Part shown: positions 1-10,600 of the stretch, piece by piece | How the letters are laid out: each line of letters opens with the position of its first letter | How positions within the stretch are numbered: position 1 is the first letter of the stretch | DNA from: an uncultured Prevotellaceae bacterium | Lineage (GTDB): Bacteria; Bacteroidota; Bacteroidia; Bacteroidales; Bacteroidaceae | Direction: 5' to 3' | DNA: 64,000 nt | Assembly: GCA_947176535.1 (NCBI GenBank) | Contig: CAMWQU010000007.1 | Location: 9,909 to 73,908, forward strand | Program-made: the position numbers and the translations under genes | Notes under the pieces: model-generated | Database searches by the model: none | Told to the model about the DNA's origin: nothing | What the model saw: the letters and a program-made list of their open reading frames with translations, nothing else

Positions 1-1772
1 ACTATGGTGTGGGGGAAGGCGGTTTTACCGATCAGCCGACTTTGCTTGAGAACATTGCAGCCGATCCCAATCTTGCGAATTTTTATAAAGTGGTAAAAGC
101 GATTGGCGGAGAGGCAACATTAGCTTCGCCACAGTTGCTGACCGTATGGGCACCGCTTGGATTGACCGATGCGCAGGCAGACAGTATCATTGCGGTCTAT
201 CTGAGTGAGGTCGCTCAAGGACGGAAATGGGACAAGAACAAAGCCGTAACCCAGTTCTTGCAGAACCACATGGCTTTGTATGCCCGTCCCATCTCCTCGC
301 AGACAGACTCTCTTATTGCCTTGGCCAATGGAAAGTACATGACGCTGAAAGGTACGAGTGCGACCACGGGTTCTTTGGACGGCAATCCTTTTGACGAGAC
401 CGTTCTCTGCGGCAATGGCATTCTTTATAAGACCGAACGTGTTCAGACGTTCTTCCCCAATGTCAGAGAGTATTTGGAGCAGGCTGCCGGCAGTGATACG
501 TTGGATGTGATGAAGTTTATTTATACTTTCGACGAAGAGGAAATTGACGAGAACAGTTCTGTTCCGGGCGGTGTCAAGGATGGCGAAACTTTCTACCTTG
601 ATTCCGTAATGATACTGAATAATACGCTTTTGCAGGATTACAAGAGCTATATTGACCGCGAAGACAGTGTGTATATGTTCCTCGCTCCGACGGACGAAGT
701 CTGGACGAACCTCTTCGAGAAGTACAGAAAGTACCTCAAATATCCGAATATAACGGGTACGAATGTGGACTCTCTGACGGATCTCACTGCCAAAATGTAT
801 ATCCTCAACGGACGTTTCTTTAACCGAAGCAACTCCAACAGGTATAATGCCCATCCGCAGGATTCATTAGTGAGCACGTTGTATAATGAGGAGCAACAGC
901 ACTATCCCCGTAAGTCGGTATATTATAATCCTTTCGATGCCAGCAAGGGCGGAATCCTCGCAGGTTTGGAGAAAGTGGAGTGCTCCAATGGTGAAGTCTA
1001 TATCGACAATAGAGGAGCCATAGACCCTGTAAGTACGTTCTTCGGTCGTATGGATATGAATGCCACCAATGAAAACTACTATGAGATTCCCAAGAAGGAT
1101 GATATCGAAACGATGAATGTCAATAACCTGAATACGTATGAAGATTCCGTGTGGGATGCGACGACCGAGAAGATGAAGTTGAGGAGAGTGTTTCGTTATG
1201 TGGAGGTTGCTGCCAAGAGTTCGATTGCTCACTCACAACTCACCTACACCTTGCCCGGAACGATGTCGGAAGTGTATTACAACGTCTATCTGGTGACGAC
1301 CCCTGATGAAGAAAAGAAACTGCCTTCTTGGTTCCGTGTTAGTTTCAATGAGAAGGGGGCTAATAATGAATTTGCCAGAAACAACACGCCTTTGTCGAAT
1401 CCTCATCCCGTTACGGCCGATGGTGATGTGCCCAATGCAAATATAATCACCTCGCAGGCCAACCCGGAATATTGCTTTGTAACCAGCGGAGAAAAGGTGG
1501 ATACCATTTTGATTCAGACTGCCATGCAGTTCAAGTATGCCCATAAGGGACTTGAAGGCCGTGAAAAAGGCGGAGTCAGCTTTGACATACAGTCATGGGG
1601 CCCGGGTGGACAAACTTATCAGAATGTCTATACCCGTACCCTTCGGTTAAACGAATTTATTCTTGTTCCGTTTGAGACAGAGGCAGAAGCCAAAGCTGCC
1701 GCCGACGACCTCGATGCCTTTAATGACGATATCCTGATGGAGAAATTCAGACAAAACGCAAGCAAAAAATAA
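1..1772 (+). CDS. Fasciclin (FAS1)-like domain protein, N-terminus cut by the window edge; first gene of the SusC/SusD locus
   Basis: The reading frame is open to the window edge and no signal peptide is seen. FAS1-like motifs are LLTVWAPLGLTD, YMFLAPTDEVW and NGILYKTERV. The stop lies 6 bp before the SusC start. Confidence 0.7.
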   Translation, partial: YGVGEGGFTDQPTLLENIAADPNLANFYKVVKAIGGEATLASPQLLTVWAPLGLTDAQADSIIAVYLSEVAQGRKWDKNKAVTQFLQNHMALYARPISSQTDSLIALANGKYMTLKGTSATTGSLDGNPFDETVLCGNGILYKTERVQTFFPNVREYLEQAAGSDTLDVMKFIYTFDEEEIDENSSVPGGVKDGETFYLDSVMILNNTLLQDYKSYIDREDSVYMFLAPTDEVWTNLFEKYRKYLKYPNITGTNVDSLTDLTAKMYILNGRFFNRSNSNRYNAHPQDSLVSTLYNEEQQHYPRKSVYYNPFDASKGGILAGLEKVECSNGEVYIDNRGAIDPVSTFFGRMDMNATNENYYEIPKKDDIETMNVNNLNTYEDSVWDATTEKMKLRRVFRYVEVAAKSSIAHSQLTYTLPGTMSEVYYNVYLVTTPDEEKKLPSWFRVSFNEKGANNEFARNNTPLSNPHPVTADGDVPNANIITSQANPEYCFVTSGEKVDTILIQTAMQFKYAHKGLEGREKGGVSFDIQSWGPGGQTYQNVYTRTLRLNEFILVPFETEAEAKAAADDLDAFNDDILMEKFRQNASKK

Positions 1773-1778
1773 TACGAT

Positions 1779-4700
1779 ATGAAGAAGTTTGATATATTTT
1801 GTCTTTCTCTCCTGCTGATTTCTCCCTTGAGTCTTTTTGCTCAAGCGGAAGAAACTCAAGAAGAGACGGAGTCTGTGGTTCAGATTCGTAAGACTAAGAA
1901 AAAGGAACCAACCCGTACAATCAAGGGAACTGTAATCAGTCAGGCCGACAATCTGCCCCTGGCCGGTGTGTTGGTGCAGTCGGTTGCCGGAGACGGATAT
2001 TCTACGCTCACGGAGGAGGATGGCTCATTCTCCATGCAGGTTCCCCTGTATAGCAGTGCAGTCACCGTGACCCTCCCCGGATATAACATGATTCGTGTGG
2101 GTCAGAACAAATCCGGAGACTTACACACCATCGTTCTGCAAAGTGATGCCGCACGCGCCCTTTACGGCAGCGACGACAATATCCAGAACAACGTGAAACT
2201 GGGTTCCGTGGAGTTTACTTCTGCCCGCAACATCACGTCGGAAGTCGGTAACCAGTTGGGCGCCAACGTTCGCACCATCGCACGCAGCGGTGCGATTGCC
2301 GTAGGCAACTATATGAATATCGGCGGTGTGAACTCCTTACAGAGCAATTCCCAGCCTCTGCTTATTGTGGACGGAGTCATCATAGACTCGCAGTACGGTC
2401 GTAAGATGCTGCATACAGGTTACTACAATGACATCCTCACGAATATCAATCCCAATGACGTGGAGAGCGTGGAAGTCCTGAGCAACGGAACCGCTCTGTA
2501 CGGTGCCAAGGGTGCCAACGGTGTCATTCTGATAAAGACGAAACGCAACACCTCGCAGGCCACTCGCATTGAAGCCAGTGTGAACATGGGTGTGGAGATG
2601 ATGCCCAAGATGTACGACATGATGAACGGTTCCCAGTATAAGAGCTATGCTTCCGGACTATTGGAGAGCACGGGCACCACTGCCAAGTCTTTCCGTTTCC
2701 TGAAAGCCGATCCCAATTATTACTGGTACGACAAGTACAACAACAACACGAACTGGGCCGACGAACTCTATTCGGAAGCACTTTTGCAGAATTATGCCTT
2801 GAGCGTGCAGGGAGGTGGTGATGTTGCCAACTACATGCTTTCTGTCGGTTACACCAAGGATAACAGCGTACTGAACGAGAACAACTTCAATCGTCTGAAC
2901 ATCCGCTTCAACACGGACATCAAGATTACGAACGCCCTGTCTCTGCGCTTCGATGCCGCCTACACCAACCAGACGCGCAAGCTCATGGAGACCGGTGCTC
3001 CTGAATCCTATGACGAAAAGGCGATTACGAGCACCACGTTCCTTGCCATGGCCAAGAGCCCGATGCTCAGTCCCTACACGTTTGCCAACGGCAGACTGAA
3101 CTACAACCATTTAGACATCGACGACGAGGACTACCTCAATGAGCTCAATACATTGTCCAACAGCAACTATCGTCTGGCCAATCCGGTAGCCATCAATGAA
3201 TACGGAACGGCAGAGAACAAGAACTATTTCGATAACAGCTATGTCAATCTGATTGTAGCTCCCAAGTATCAAATCAACAAACATCTGTATGTGAGCGAAC
3301 TGTTCAGCTACACTTCGGTAAACACCAACGAAAAAGCCTACGTGCCCATGTACGGTGTGCCCGATTACTACGTGGCATCGCTGCAAGTCATGCGCGAGAA
3401 CGAAATCGAGTCTCAGTTCGCCAAGCAGAACACGCTCAACAGCGATACTAAAATCGACTGGATGAATGCCTACAAGGGCCACAACATCCATCTGCAGGGC
3501 GGTTTCCGCTTCATCAATGAAAGTTACTCGTTGAACACGCAGCACGGCTACAACACGGGTAACGACAAGACACCTTTCTTTGACAGCACGATAGACCGTT
3601 CCTCGGACGGTCTGAACAATCGTTGGGCCACACTCACGTGGTACGGTCAGGCTCAATACAATTACGCCAACCGTTACTATCTGGAGGGTGACCTCGCCGT
3701 TGAAACCAATTCCCAGTTCGGTCGTGAGGCCAAGAGTGGTTTCAAGTGCGGCGGTGTCGTTTGGGGCGTATTCCCCAGTTTGCAGGCCGGTTGGGTAGCC
3801 TCCAACGAAAAGTTCTTTGACGTGGCAGGAATCAACTACCTGAAACTGAACGCCGGTTTCGGTATGAGCGGTAACGACGACATCGCCTACGATGCCTCCC
3901 GCACCTATCTCGTCAGTCGTCTGTTCATGAATCAGGTTGCCGGTATCACCATCGAAAACATCGGTAACTCGGAACTACAGTGGGAGACCACGAAGCGCTT
4001 CAACGCCGGCATTGACATGAAAATCCTGAACAACCGCGTAGGATTGAACTTCAACTATTTCCACTCCTGGACCGACCACCTGCTTACCTTGCAGACCGTC
4101 GGTTTCCTCAGCGGTGTGCCTCAGAACTGGGGCAATGGCGGTTCTCTGAAGAACCAAGGTTTCGATGTCACCGTGAACGCCCACCTCGTAGCCCGCAAGA
4201 ACTGGAACTGGAGCGTTGGTTTCGGTCTCGGCCATTATGTGAACGAGCTAACCTCATTGCCCGACAGTCAGAGCTATCTCGATACCGAGATACTCGGCGC
4301 CACGGTTCGCAGCCAAATTGGCGGCAGCATCAACACATTCTACGGCTACCGCACCAATGGCGTGTATGCCACAACGGAAGAAGCCCAAGCAGCCGGACTC
4401 TATTTCATGGACGATACGGGCCGGAAGAGCTACTTCGGTGCCGGCGACATGCGTTTCATGGATTTGAACGGTAACGGACAGATAGACGAAGGCGACCGCA
4501 CGATTATCGGCGATGCCACTCCCGATGCTTACGGTAACATCTTCACCAGCCTTTCTTGGAAGAAGCTGACGTTGGATGTAGGTTTCAATTATTCGTTGGG
4601 CGGCGATGTCTTCAACTACATGCGCCAGCAATTAGAGAGCGGCAGCCGCTTTATGAACCAGACGACCGCCATGCTGAACCGCTGGACTTCGGAAGGTCAG

Positions 4701-5009
4701 GTAACCGACATTCCCAAGGCCACCTACGGCGACCCCATGGGCAACAGCCGCTTCAGCGACCGCTGGATAGAGGACGGTTCGTACCTGCGTCTGAAGACGC
4801 TGACCCTCAGCTACCGTCTGCCCATCAGCAATACCTACATTCAGGGCATCACCGTCTGGGGCCAGTGCAACAATCTCCTGACGTTTACCAAATACTTAGG
4901 TACAGACCCCGAGTTCTCGATGTCGAACCATGTGCTGACACAAGGCATCGACCGCGGCTACCTCTCCCAGGGACGCAGTTTCCATCTTGGTGTTAAAATC
5001 AATCTCTAA
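1779..5009 (+). CDS. SusC/RagA-family TonB-dependent outer-membrane receptor
   Basis: 1076 aa with a signal peptide. It has a carboxypeptidase-regulatory-like N-domain (IKGTVISQADNLPLAGVLV), a plug motif (VESVEVLSNGTALYGAKGANGVILIKTKR) and a barrel terminus (SFHLGVKINL). A SusD gene follows directly. Confidence 0.93.
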   Translation: MKKFDIFCLSLLLISPLSLFAQAEETQEETESVVQIRKTKKKEPTRTIKGTVISQADNLPLAGVLVQSVAGDGYSTLTEEDGSFSMQVPLYSSAVTVTLPGYNMIRVGQNKSGDLHTIVLQSDAARALYGSDDNIQNNVKLGSVEFTSARNITSEVGNQLGANVRTIARSGAIAVGNYMNIGGVNSLQSNSQPLLIVDGVIIDSQYGRKMLHTGYYNDILTNINPNDVESVEVLSNGTALYGAKGANGVILIKTKRNTSQATRIEASVNMGVEMMPKMYDMMNGSQYKSYASGLLESTGTTAKSFRFLKADPNYYWYDKYNNNTNWADELYSEALLQNYALSVQGGGDVANYMLSVGYTKDNSVLNENNFNRLNIRFNTDIKITNALSLRFDAAYTNQTRKLMETGAPESYDEKAITSTTFLAMAKSPMLSPYTFANGRLNYNHLDIDDEDYLNELNTLSNSNYRLANPVAINEYGTAENKNYFDNSYVNLIVAPKYQINKHLYVSELFSYTSVNTNEKAYVPMYGVPDYYVASLQVMRENEIESQFAKQNTLNSDTKIDWMNAYKGHNIHLQGGFRFINESYSLNTQHGYNTGNDKTPFFDSTIDRSSDGLNNRWATLTWYGQAQYNYANRYYLEGDLAVETNSQFGREAKSGFKCGGVVWGVFPSLQAGWVASNEKFFDVAGINYLKLNAGFGMSGNDDIAYDASRTYLVSRLFMNQVAGITIENIGNSELQWETTKRFNAGIDMKILNNRVGLNFNYFHSWTDHLLTLQTVGFLSGVPQNWGNGGSLKNQGFDVTVNAHLVARKNWNWSVGFGLGHYVNELTSLPDSQSYLDTEILGATVRSQIGGSINTFYGYRTNGVYATTEEAQAAGLYFMDDTGRKSYFGAGDMRFMDLNGNGQIDEGDRTIIGDATPDAYGNIFTSLSWKKLTLDVGFNYSLGGDVFNYMRQQLESGSRFMNQTTAMLNRWTSEGQVTDIPKATYGDPMGNSRFSDRWIEDGSYLRLKTLTLSYRLPISNTYIQGITVWGQCNNLLTFTKYLGTDPEFSMSNHVLTQGIDRGYLSQGRSFHLGVKINL

Positions 5010-5021
5010 TCCGGAACAACT

Positions 5022-7280
5022 ATGAAACTGAAAACATATATCTACTCCTTGGCGTTCATCGGCTTTGCCGCCGGTGTAGCCACGTCCTGCGAGGATATGC
5101 TGGACAAAGGAAACGACTACGTCATCTATGCAGACAACCTGCTCATCAACGAGCGTGCGGAAATGAACACTTCGCTCCTTGGCATCATGAGCAAGGTGCA
5201 GGCCGTGGCCGTGCGCAACAATCTGCTGGGTGAGTTGCGTGCCGACCTTGTGACCGTGAACGCCACCGCGCCTGACGACCTCAAGGAAATCGCCTCGTTA
5301 GACATCAACAATGTGAACGACAACATCTATAACAATCCGGCAGACTATTACGCCATCATCAACAACTGCAACTACTTCCTTGCCCACGTCGATTCTCTGG
5401 CGAGCGATATCGACGGAACGAAGTTCTTCGAGTCCGAGATAGCCCAGGTGCACAGCATCCGTGCATGGACTTATCTGCAGTTGGTGTTGGCCTATGGCGA
5501 AGTGCCGTTTGTTACGGAGCCGGTGCTCACGGCCAGTCAGGCTGACGAGTCGAAGTGGCTCAAGGCCCGCCTGAGCGACGTCTGCGACTATTTCATCAAC
5601 GACCTGAAGCCTTACTACGGCAAACTCTATTCGGAGTCCTTTGAGACAAATACCGGTTGGACCCCCGATTTGGTATTCTTCCCCACGCAATTAGTGATGG
5701 GCGACCTCTATCTGTGGCGTGCCGTTAAGAATCAGGACCCCATGGATGCGCTGAATGCCGCCAAGTCTTATTACGACTTCCTCGTCTGGGACCGGAACAA
5801 GCAGTATGTCCTTACGAGCAACAGCCGTTGCGCGTGGAAAGATGAGGCCATCTCTTCCGGCTCGTTACGCACCGGGGCTACTTTTATACTCCACACTCTT
5901 TCTTATAGCACTATGCGTAGTGTAACCTCTTATTCTTCCGGTTGGACGGCTCAGACTTCCGACCCGATTACGATTATCCCCATGGACTCTGCTTCTTCGG
6001 TCGGTTATTACAATGACCTGCGGAAGATTTACAATGCCTCGCTGAACGACGAGAGTGCTTTTGAGGAAGCCAAGGTTGCTCCCTCCGAAATGCTTCGCGA
6101 CCTCAGCCAGTCACAGACCTACGTGATGTATTACAACAACACCGTCACGAAGCTGGACAAGAACATGTTCTCGGAAGAGGATATAGAGGACGGCCTTCTC
6201 GGTGACCTCCGCTTCTATTGCAACTACACCAAGCGGGGGATGAAGTGGAACTCGAAAGACGTGGAGTATCAGTCTATCCTCAAGCATCAGAATCAGCACA
6301 TCACGGTCTATCGCACGGCGCAGGTCTATCTGCGTCTGGCCGAGGCCCTCAACTATGCCGGTTATCCCCGTATGTCCCGTCAGATTCTGACCATGGGACT
6401 GAGCGACGCCGTGATTGCGGCCGAGGTACTTCCTTATTATCAGACCGCCCAGGATTCGGCCAATATCTCCTACTTCTCTTTCCCGACGGCCATCTTCAGC
6501 CCCTATGCGGCTAACTATGTACCCCGCACAAACAAGTACGGGCAGGTGATCGGTACGGGCTTCCTGACTCAGGGCATCACCGAGTGCAACATGTGGGGTA
6601 TCCACAGCCGTGGTTCCGGCATGACGTGCTACGACACGGACTATGCTCCCCTTGCTCAACTTGACAGTACGGATTATCCCCGGACAGCCGAGGCGCTGCT
6701 GGGCGAGCGTCCCTCGAAGAGCGACAGCAAATACGACTATCCGGAACCCCTTGTCGCACCGAACAAGCCCTCTACGTGGGATGCCTATCCCGGCGTGGTG
6801 GTGGATCAGGAGACTTATGTCAGCGCAAACAAGGGTTCGGTTGCCGTGCTCAGAAACAAGTATAAGAAGTATGTTTCCGATGACTCGGTAGGTGTCTACA
6901 AGCAGTATATCGAAGTAGACCTTCCGGCCTACGAAGCCAAGGTGGCCGCTGTCGATGCCCAGTACGAGGCCGACCTCGACGCTTACCAGACGGGTCTTCA
7001 GAATTTCGTGAAGAATGACCTTGCTCCGTGGAGCCGACAGGCTTATCAGAAGATTGTCCCGGCCGAGCAGGCACAAATCGACCAACTTATCCTCGACGAG
7101 CAGGCTTTGGAACTCGCTTTCGAGGGCAATCGCTTCTACGATCTGATGCGCCGTGCGCTCTGGTATGGCGACAACAGCCGACTGGCTACTCCCGTCAGCA
7201 AGCGCGACGCCACCGTCGGCTCGAAACTGCTCACCGAGACGAACTGGTATCTGAAGTGGAACGGCAAGATAGGAATGTAA
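5022..7280 (+). CDS. SusD/RagB-family nutrient-binding lipoprotein (unusually long, 752 aa)
   Basis: It has a lipoprotein signal with Cys (FAAGVATSCED) and the C-terminal SusD signature LAFEGNRFYDLMRRALWYG. It sits immediately downstream of SusC. Confidence 0.9.
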   Translation: MKLKTYIYSLAFIGFAAGVATSCEDMLDKGNDYVIYADNLLINERAEMNTSLLGIMSKVQAVAVRNNLLGELRADLVTVNATAPDDLKEIASLDINNVNDNIYNNPADYYAIINNCNYFLAHVDSLASDIDGTKFFESEIAQVHSIRAWTYLQLVLAYGEVPFVTEPVLTASQADESKWLKARLSDVCDYFINDLKPYYGKLYSESFETNTGWTPDLVFFPTQLVMGDLYLWRAVKNQDPMDALNAAKSYYDFLVWDRNKQYVLTSNSRCAWKDEAISSGSLRTGATFILHTLSYSTMRSVTSYSSGWTAQTSDPITIIPMDSASSVGYYNDLRKIYNASLNDESAFEEAKVAPSEMLRDLSQSQTYVMYYNNTVTKLDKNMFSEEDIEDGLLGDLRFYCNYTKRGMKWNSKDVEYQSILKHQNQHITVYRTAQVYLRLAEALNYAGYPRMSRQILTMGLSDAVIAAEVLPYYQTAQDSANISYFSFPTAIFSPYAANYVPRTNKYGQVIGTGFLTQGITECNMWGIHSRGSGMTCYDTDYAPLAQLDSTDYPRTAEALLGERPSKSDSKYDYPEPLVAPNKPSTWDAYPGVVVDQETYVSANKGSVAVLRNKYKKYVSDDSVGVYKQYIEVDLPAYEAKVAAVDAQYEADLDAYQTGLQNFVKNDLAPWSRQAYQKIVPAEQAQIDQLILDEQALELAFEGNRFYDLMRRALWYGDNSRLATPVSKRDATVGSKLLTETNWYLKWNGKIGM

Positions 7281-7309
7281 TCTGCAAGAGATACTTATAA
7301 CGATAGATT

Positions 7310-7350
7310 GGAGGATGTGCCCCGTAAGGCGGCACATCCTCCTTTTTTTG
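7310..7350 (+). terminator. Rho-independent terminator of the SusC/SusD unit
   Basis: A perfect 12-bp stem, GGAGGATGTGCC (7310-7321) with GGCACATCCTCC (7331-7342), has a 9-nt loop and is followed by TTTTTTT. Confidence 0.8.
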
Positions 7351-7382
7351 TTTTCGCCGGGCCGACCCCCTGCTTCTTTGCA

Positions 7383-7509
7383 GCCCTCCGGAGGCCCCGT
7401 TCCCGTCCCGGGCAGGATTCGGCCTCGTCCATAGGGGGACGGAGGCTCGACAATAGTATGGACGGACGACCGTCCTGCCCGGGCCCTCTTCGGGCCTCCT
7501 GCAGAGGGC
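7383..7509. repeat. GC-rich nested palindromic element, copy of dispersed mosaic repeat family 1 (core CGTCCATAGCGGGA)
   Basis: Nested inverted repeats are GCCCTC/GAGGGC, GGAGGCC/GGCCTCC and CCCGGGCAGGA (7407-7417)/TCCTGCCCGGG (7473-7483). The core CGTCCATA (7426-7433) faces TATGGACG (7457-7464). It shares the modules GGCCCCGTT and ACGACCGT with the other copies. Confidence 0.75.
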
Positions 7510-7556
7510 GATAGCTAAATATTCCGTATTCTTGTTGAATATCACGCGGAAATTTT

Positions 7557-7564
7557 ATATCTTT
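7557..7564 (+). promoter_or_regulatory. Bacteroidetes -7 promoter box (TATCTTTG) for ileS
   Basis: It matches TAnnTTTG and lies 41 nt upstream of the ileS ATG. Confidence 0.5.
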
Positions 7565-7605
7565 GCGTTCTATTTCAATAGGTAAAGTAAAAAGATAACG
7601 AATAT

Positions 7606-10600
7606 ATGGCAAAAAAGTTTGCAGAACGCACGCGTCTCAACCTCTCGGAGGTGAATAAAGAGGTGCTCAGTCAGTGGGACAAGGAAGACCTGTTCCACCG
7701 CAGCATATCGGAACGTGAGGGCTGCCCCTCGTTCATTTTCTTTGAAGGCCCTCCTTCTGCCAACGGTCATCCGGGCATCCACCATGTGTTGGCCCGCAGC
7801 CTGAAAGACACCTTCTGCCGCTTCAAGACCATGAAAGGCTATCAGGTGCACCGGAAAGCCGGCTGGGACACTCACGGCCTGCCCGTGGAACTGGGAGTGG
7901 AGAAAGAACTCGGCATCACGAAAGAGGACATCGGGAAAACCATCTCTATCGAGGACTACAACCGGCGCTGCCGTCAAAACGTGATGATGTACACCGGCGA
8001 GTGGGAAGACCTCAGCCACCGCATGGGCTACTGGGTGGACATGGAGCACCCCTACATCACGTATGACAACAAGTATATCGAAAGCCTTTGGTGGCTGCTG
8101 AAGCAGCTTTACCAGAAGCAACTGCTCTATAAGGGCTACACCATCCAGCCCTATTCGCCGGCTGCCGGAACCGGACTCAGCAGTCACGAGCTGAATCAGC
8201 CCGGTTGCTATCGCGACGTGAAGGACACGACGGTCACCGCCCAGTTCCGCATTACGGGTTCCACCCTGCAGGAGGGCGCAGCCGAGGCTGCCAACACGCC
8301 GGCCGACCTGCTCCACAACGCCGGACAACTGCCTGTCTACATGCTGGCGTGGACAACCACACCGTGGACGCTGCCTTCGAATACCGCCCTATGCGTGGGC
8401 CCGAAAATCAACTACGTAGCCGTCAAGGGGCGGAATCCCTATACCGGAGAAACGGCCATCTACATCCTGGCCGAAGCCCGGAAGGAGGTCTATTTCCCCG
8501 CTCCGAAGGACGAAGCCGAACCGGCAGCGGAAGTGCTGGCCACGTTCACGGGTGCCGAACTCGTCGGACTTCGCTATGAGCAACTGTTCCTGTGGGTGAA
8601 GCCCTGCGCGCTGGAGGACGGCCGGGTGGTCGTGCGCGAGCAGGAGGCATTCCGCGTCATCCCCGGCGACTACGTGACTACGGAGGACGGTACGGGCGTC
8701 GTACACATCGCCCCCACGTTCGGTGCCGACGATGCCAAGGTGGCCAAGGACGCAGGCATACCCTCGCTCTTTGTCATCGACAAGGCCGGCGACACCCGTC
8801 CCATGGTGGACTTCACGGGCAAGTATTTCGTGAAAGACGATATGGACGAAGCCTTTGTGAGCCTCTGTGTCAATGACAGCTACTGGGGCCATAGCGGCGA
8901 CTTTGTGAAAAACGCCTACGACCCCAAGTATGCGGGTTTGGACGAAAAGGCACTGGCCAAGACCGAAGACCTGAACATCGTGCTCTGTCTGGAAATGAAG
9001 CAGGCGGGGACGGCCTTCAAGATAGAAAAGCACGTCCACAACTATCCCCATTGCTGGCGTACCGACAAGCCGGTGCTGTACTATCCGCTCGACTCGTGGT
9101 TTATTCGTTCCACGGCTGCCAAGGAGCGCATGATGGAACTGAACCGAACCATCAACTGGAAACCCGAATCCACGGGTACGGGACGTTTCGGAAAGTGGCT
9201 TGAGAACCTGAACGACTGGAACCTCAGCCGCTCGCGCTACTGGGGCACGCCGTTGCCCATCTGGCGCAATCGCGAGACGAAGGAAGAAATTTGCATCGGT
9301 TCCGTTGAGGAACTGTATAACGAGATAGAAAAGGCCGTTGGGGCCGGCGTCATGGCCACCAATCCGCTCCGTGAGCGTGGCTTTGTGCCCGGCGACATGA
9401 GTGCCGAAAATTACGACCGCATCGACCTCCATCGCCCCTACGTCGATCAGATATTCCTCGTGGGCGAAAGCGGTGCCGTGCTGAAGCGCGAGCTTGACCT
9501 CATTGATGTTTGGTTCGATTCGGGTGCCATGCCCTATGCCCAGATTCACTATCCCTTCGAAAACCGGGAGGCACTGGATAAGCGTGTCGCTTTCCCCGCC
9601 GATTTCATCGCAGAGGGAGTAGACCAGACGCGCGGTTGGTTCTTCACCCTGCATGCCATCGCCACCATGGTATTCGACTCTGTGGCCTACCGGACAGTCA
9701 TTTCCAACGGCCTCGTGCTGGACAAGAACGGACTGAAGATGTCGAAGCGTCTGGGCAATGCCGTCGATCCGTTCCAGGCCATCGAACAATACGGTTCGGA
9801 CGCCCTGCGCTGGTACATGATTACCAATTCGCAGCCCTGGGATAACCTGAAGTTCGACGAAGAGGGCGTGAAGGAAGTCACCCGCTCGTTCTTCGGCAAA
9901 TTGTTCCAGACCTATTCGTTCCTGACCATGTACGCCAACGTGGACGGTTGGTGCTACGGGGAGGACGATGTTCCCATGAGCGATCGGCCGGAGATGGATC
10001 GCTGGATTCTGAGTGAACTGAATTCGTTGATTCAGGAGGTGACGCTGTGCTATGAGGAGTACGAGCCCACACGTGCGGGCCGCCTCATACAGACCTTTGT
10101 CGTGGACAACGTCTCCAACTGGTTTGTGCGGCTCAGCCGTAAACGTTTTTGGGGTTCGGCCATGAGCACCGACAAACTTTCGGCCTATCAGACCCTCTAC
10201 ACGTGTCTGGAAGTGGTGGCCCGCCTGATGGCCCCCATCGCTCCCTACTATGCCGACCGTCTCTATCGTGACCTGAACGAGGCTACCGGTCGGAATGCGG
10301 GTAGTGTGCATCTGGCGCAGTTCCCTGTGGCCGACGAGAGCAAAATCGACAAGGAGCAGGAGAAACGCATGGAACTGGCGCAGCAGATTACTTCGATGGT
10401 GCTTTCGCTCAGAAAGAAGGAGCAGCTCATTGTGCGTCAGCCCCTGCAGAAGATAGCCATCCCCGCCGCCGACACGGCTCAGCAGGAGCGCATCGAGGCC
10501 ATGAAGCAGTTGATTTTGGACGAGGTGAACGTGAAAGAACTGGAATTTGTGTCGGGCAGCGGTATACTGGTGAAGAAGGTGAAGTGCAACTTCCGCACAA

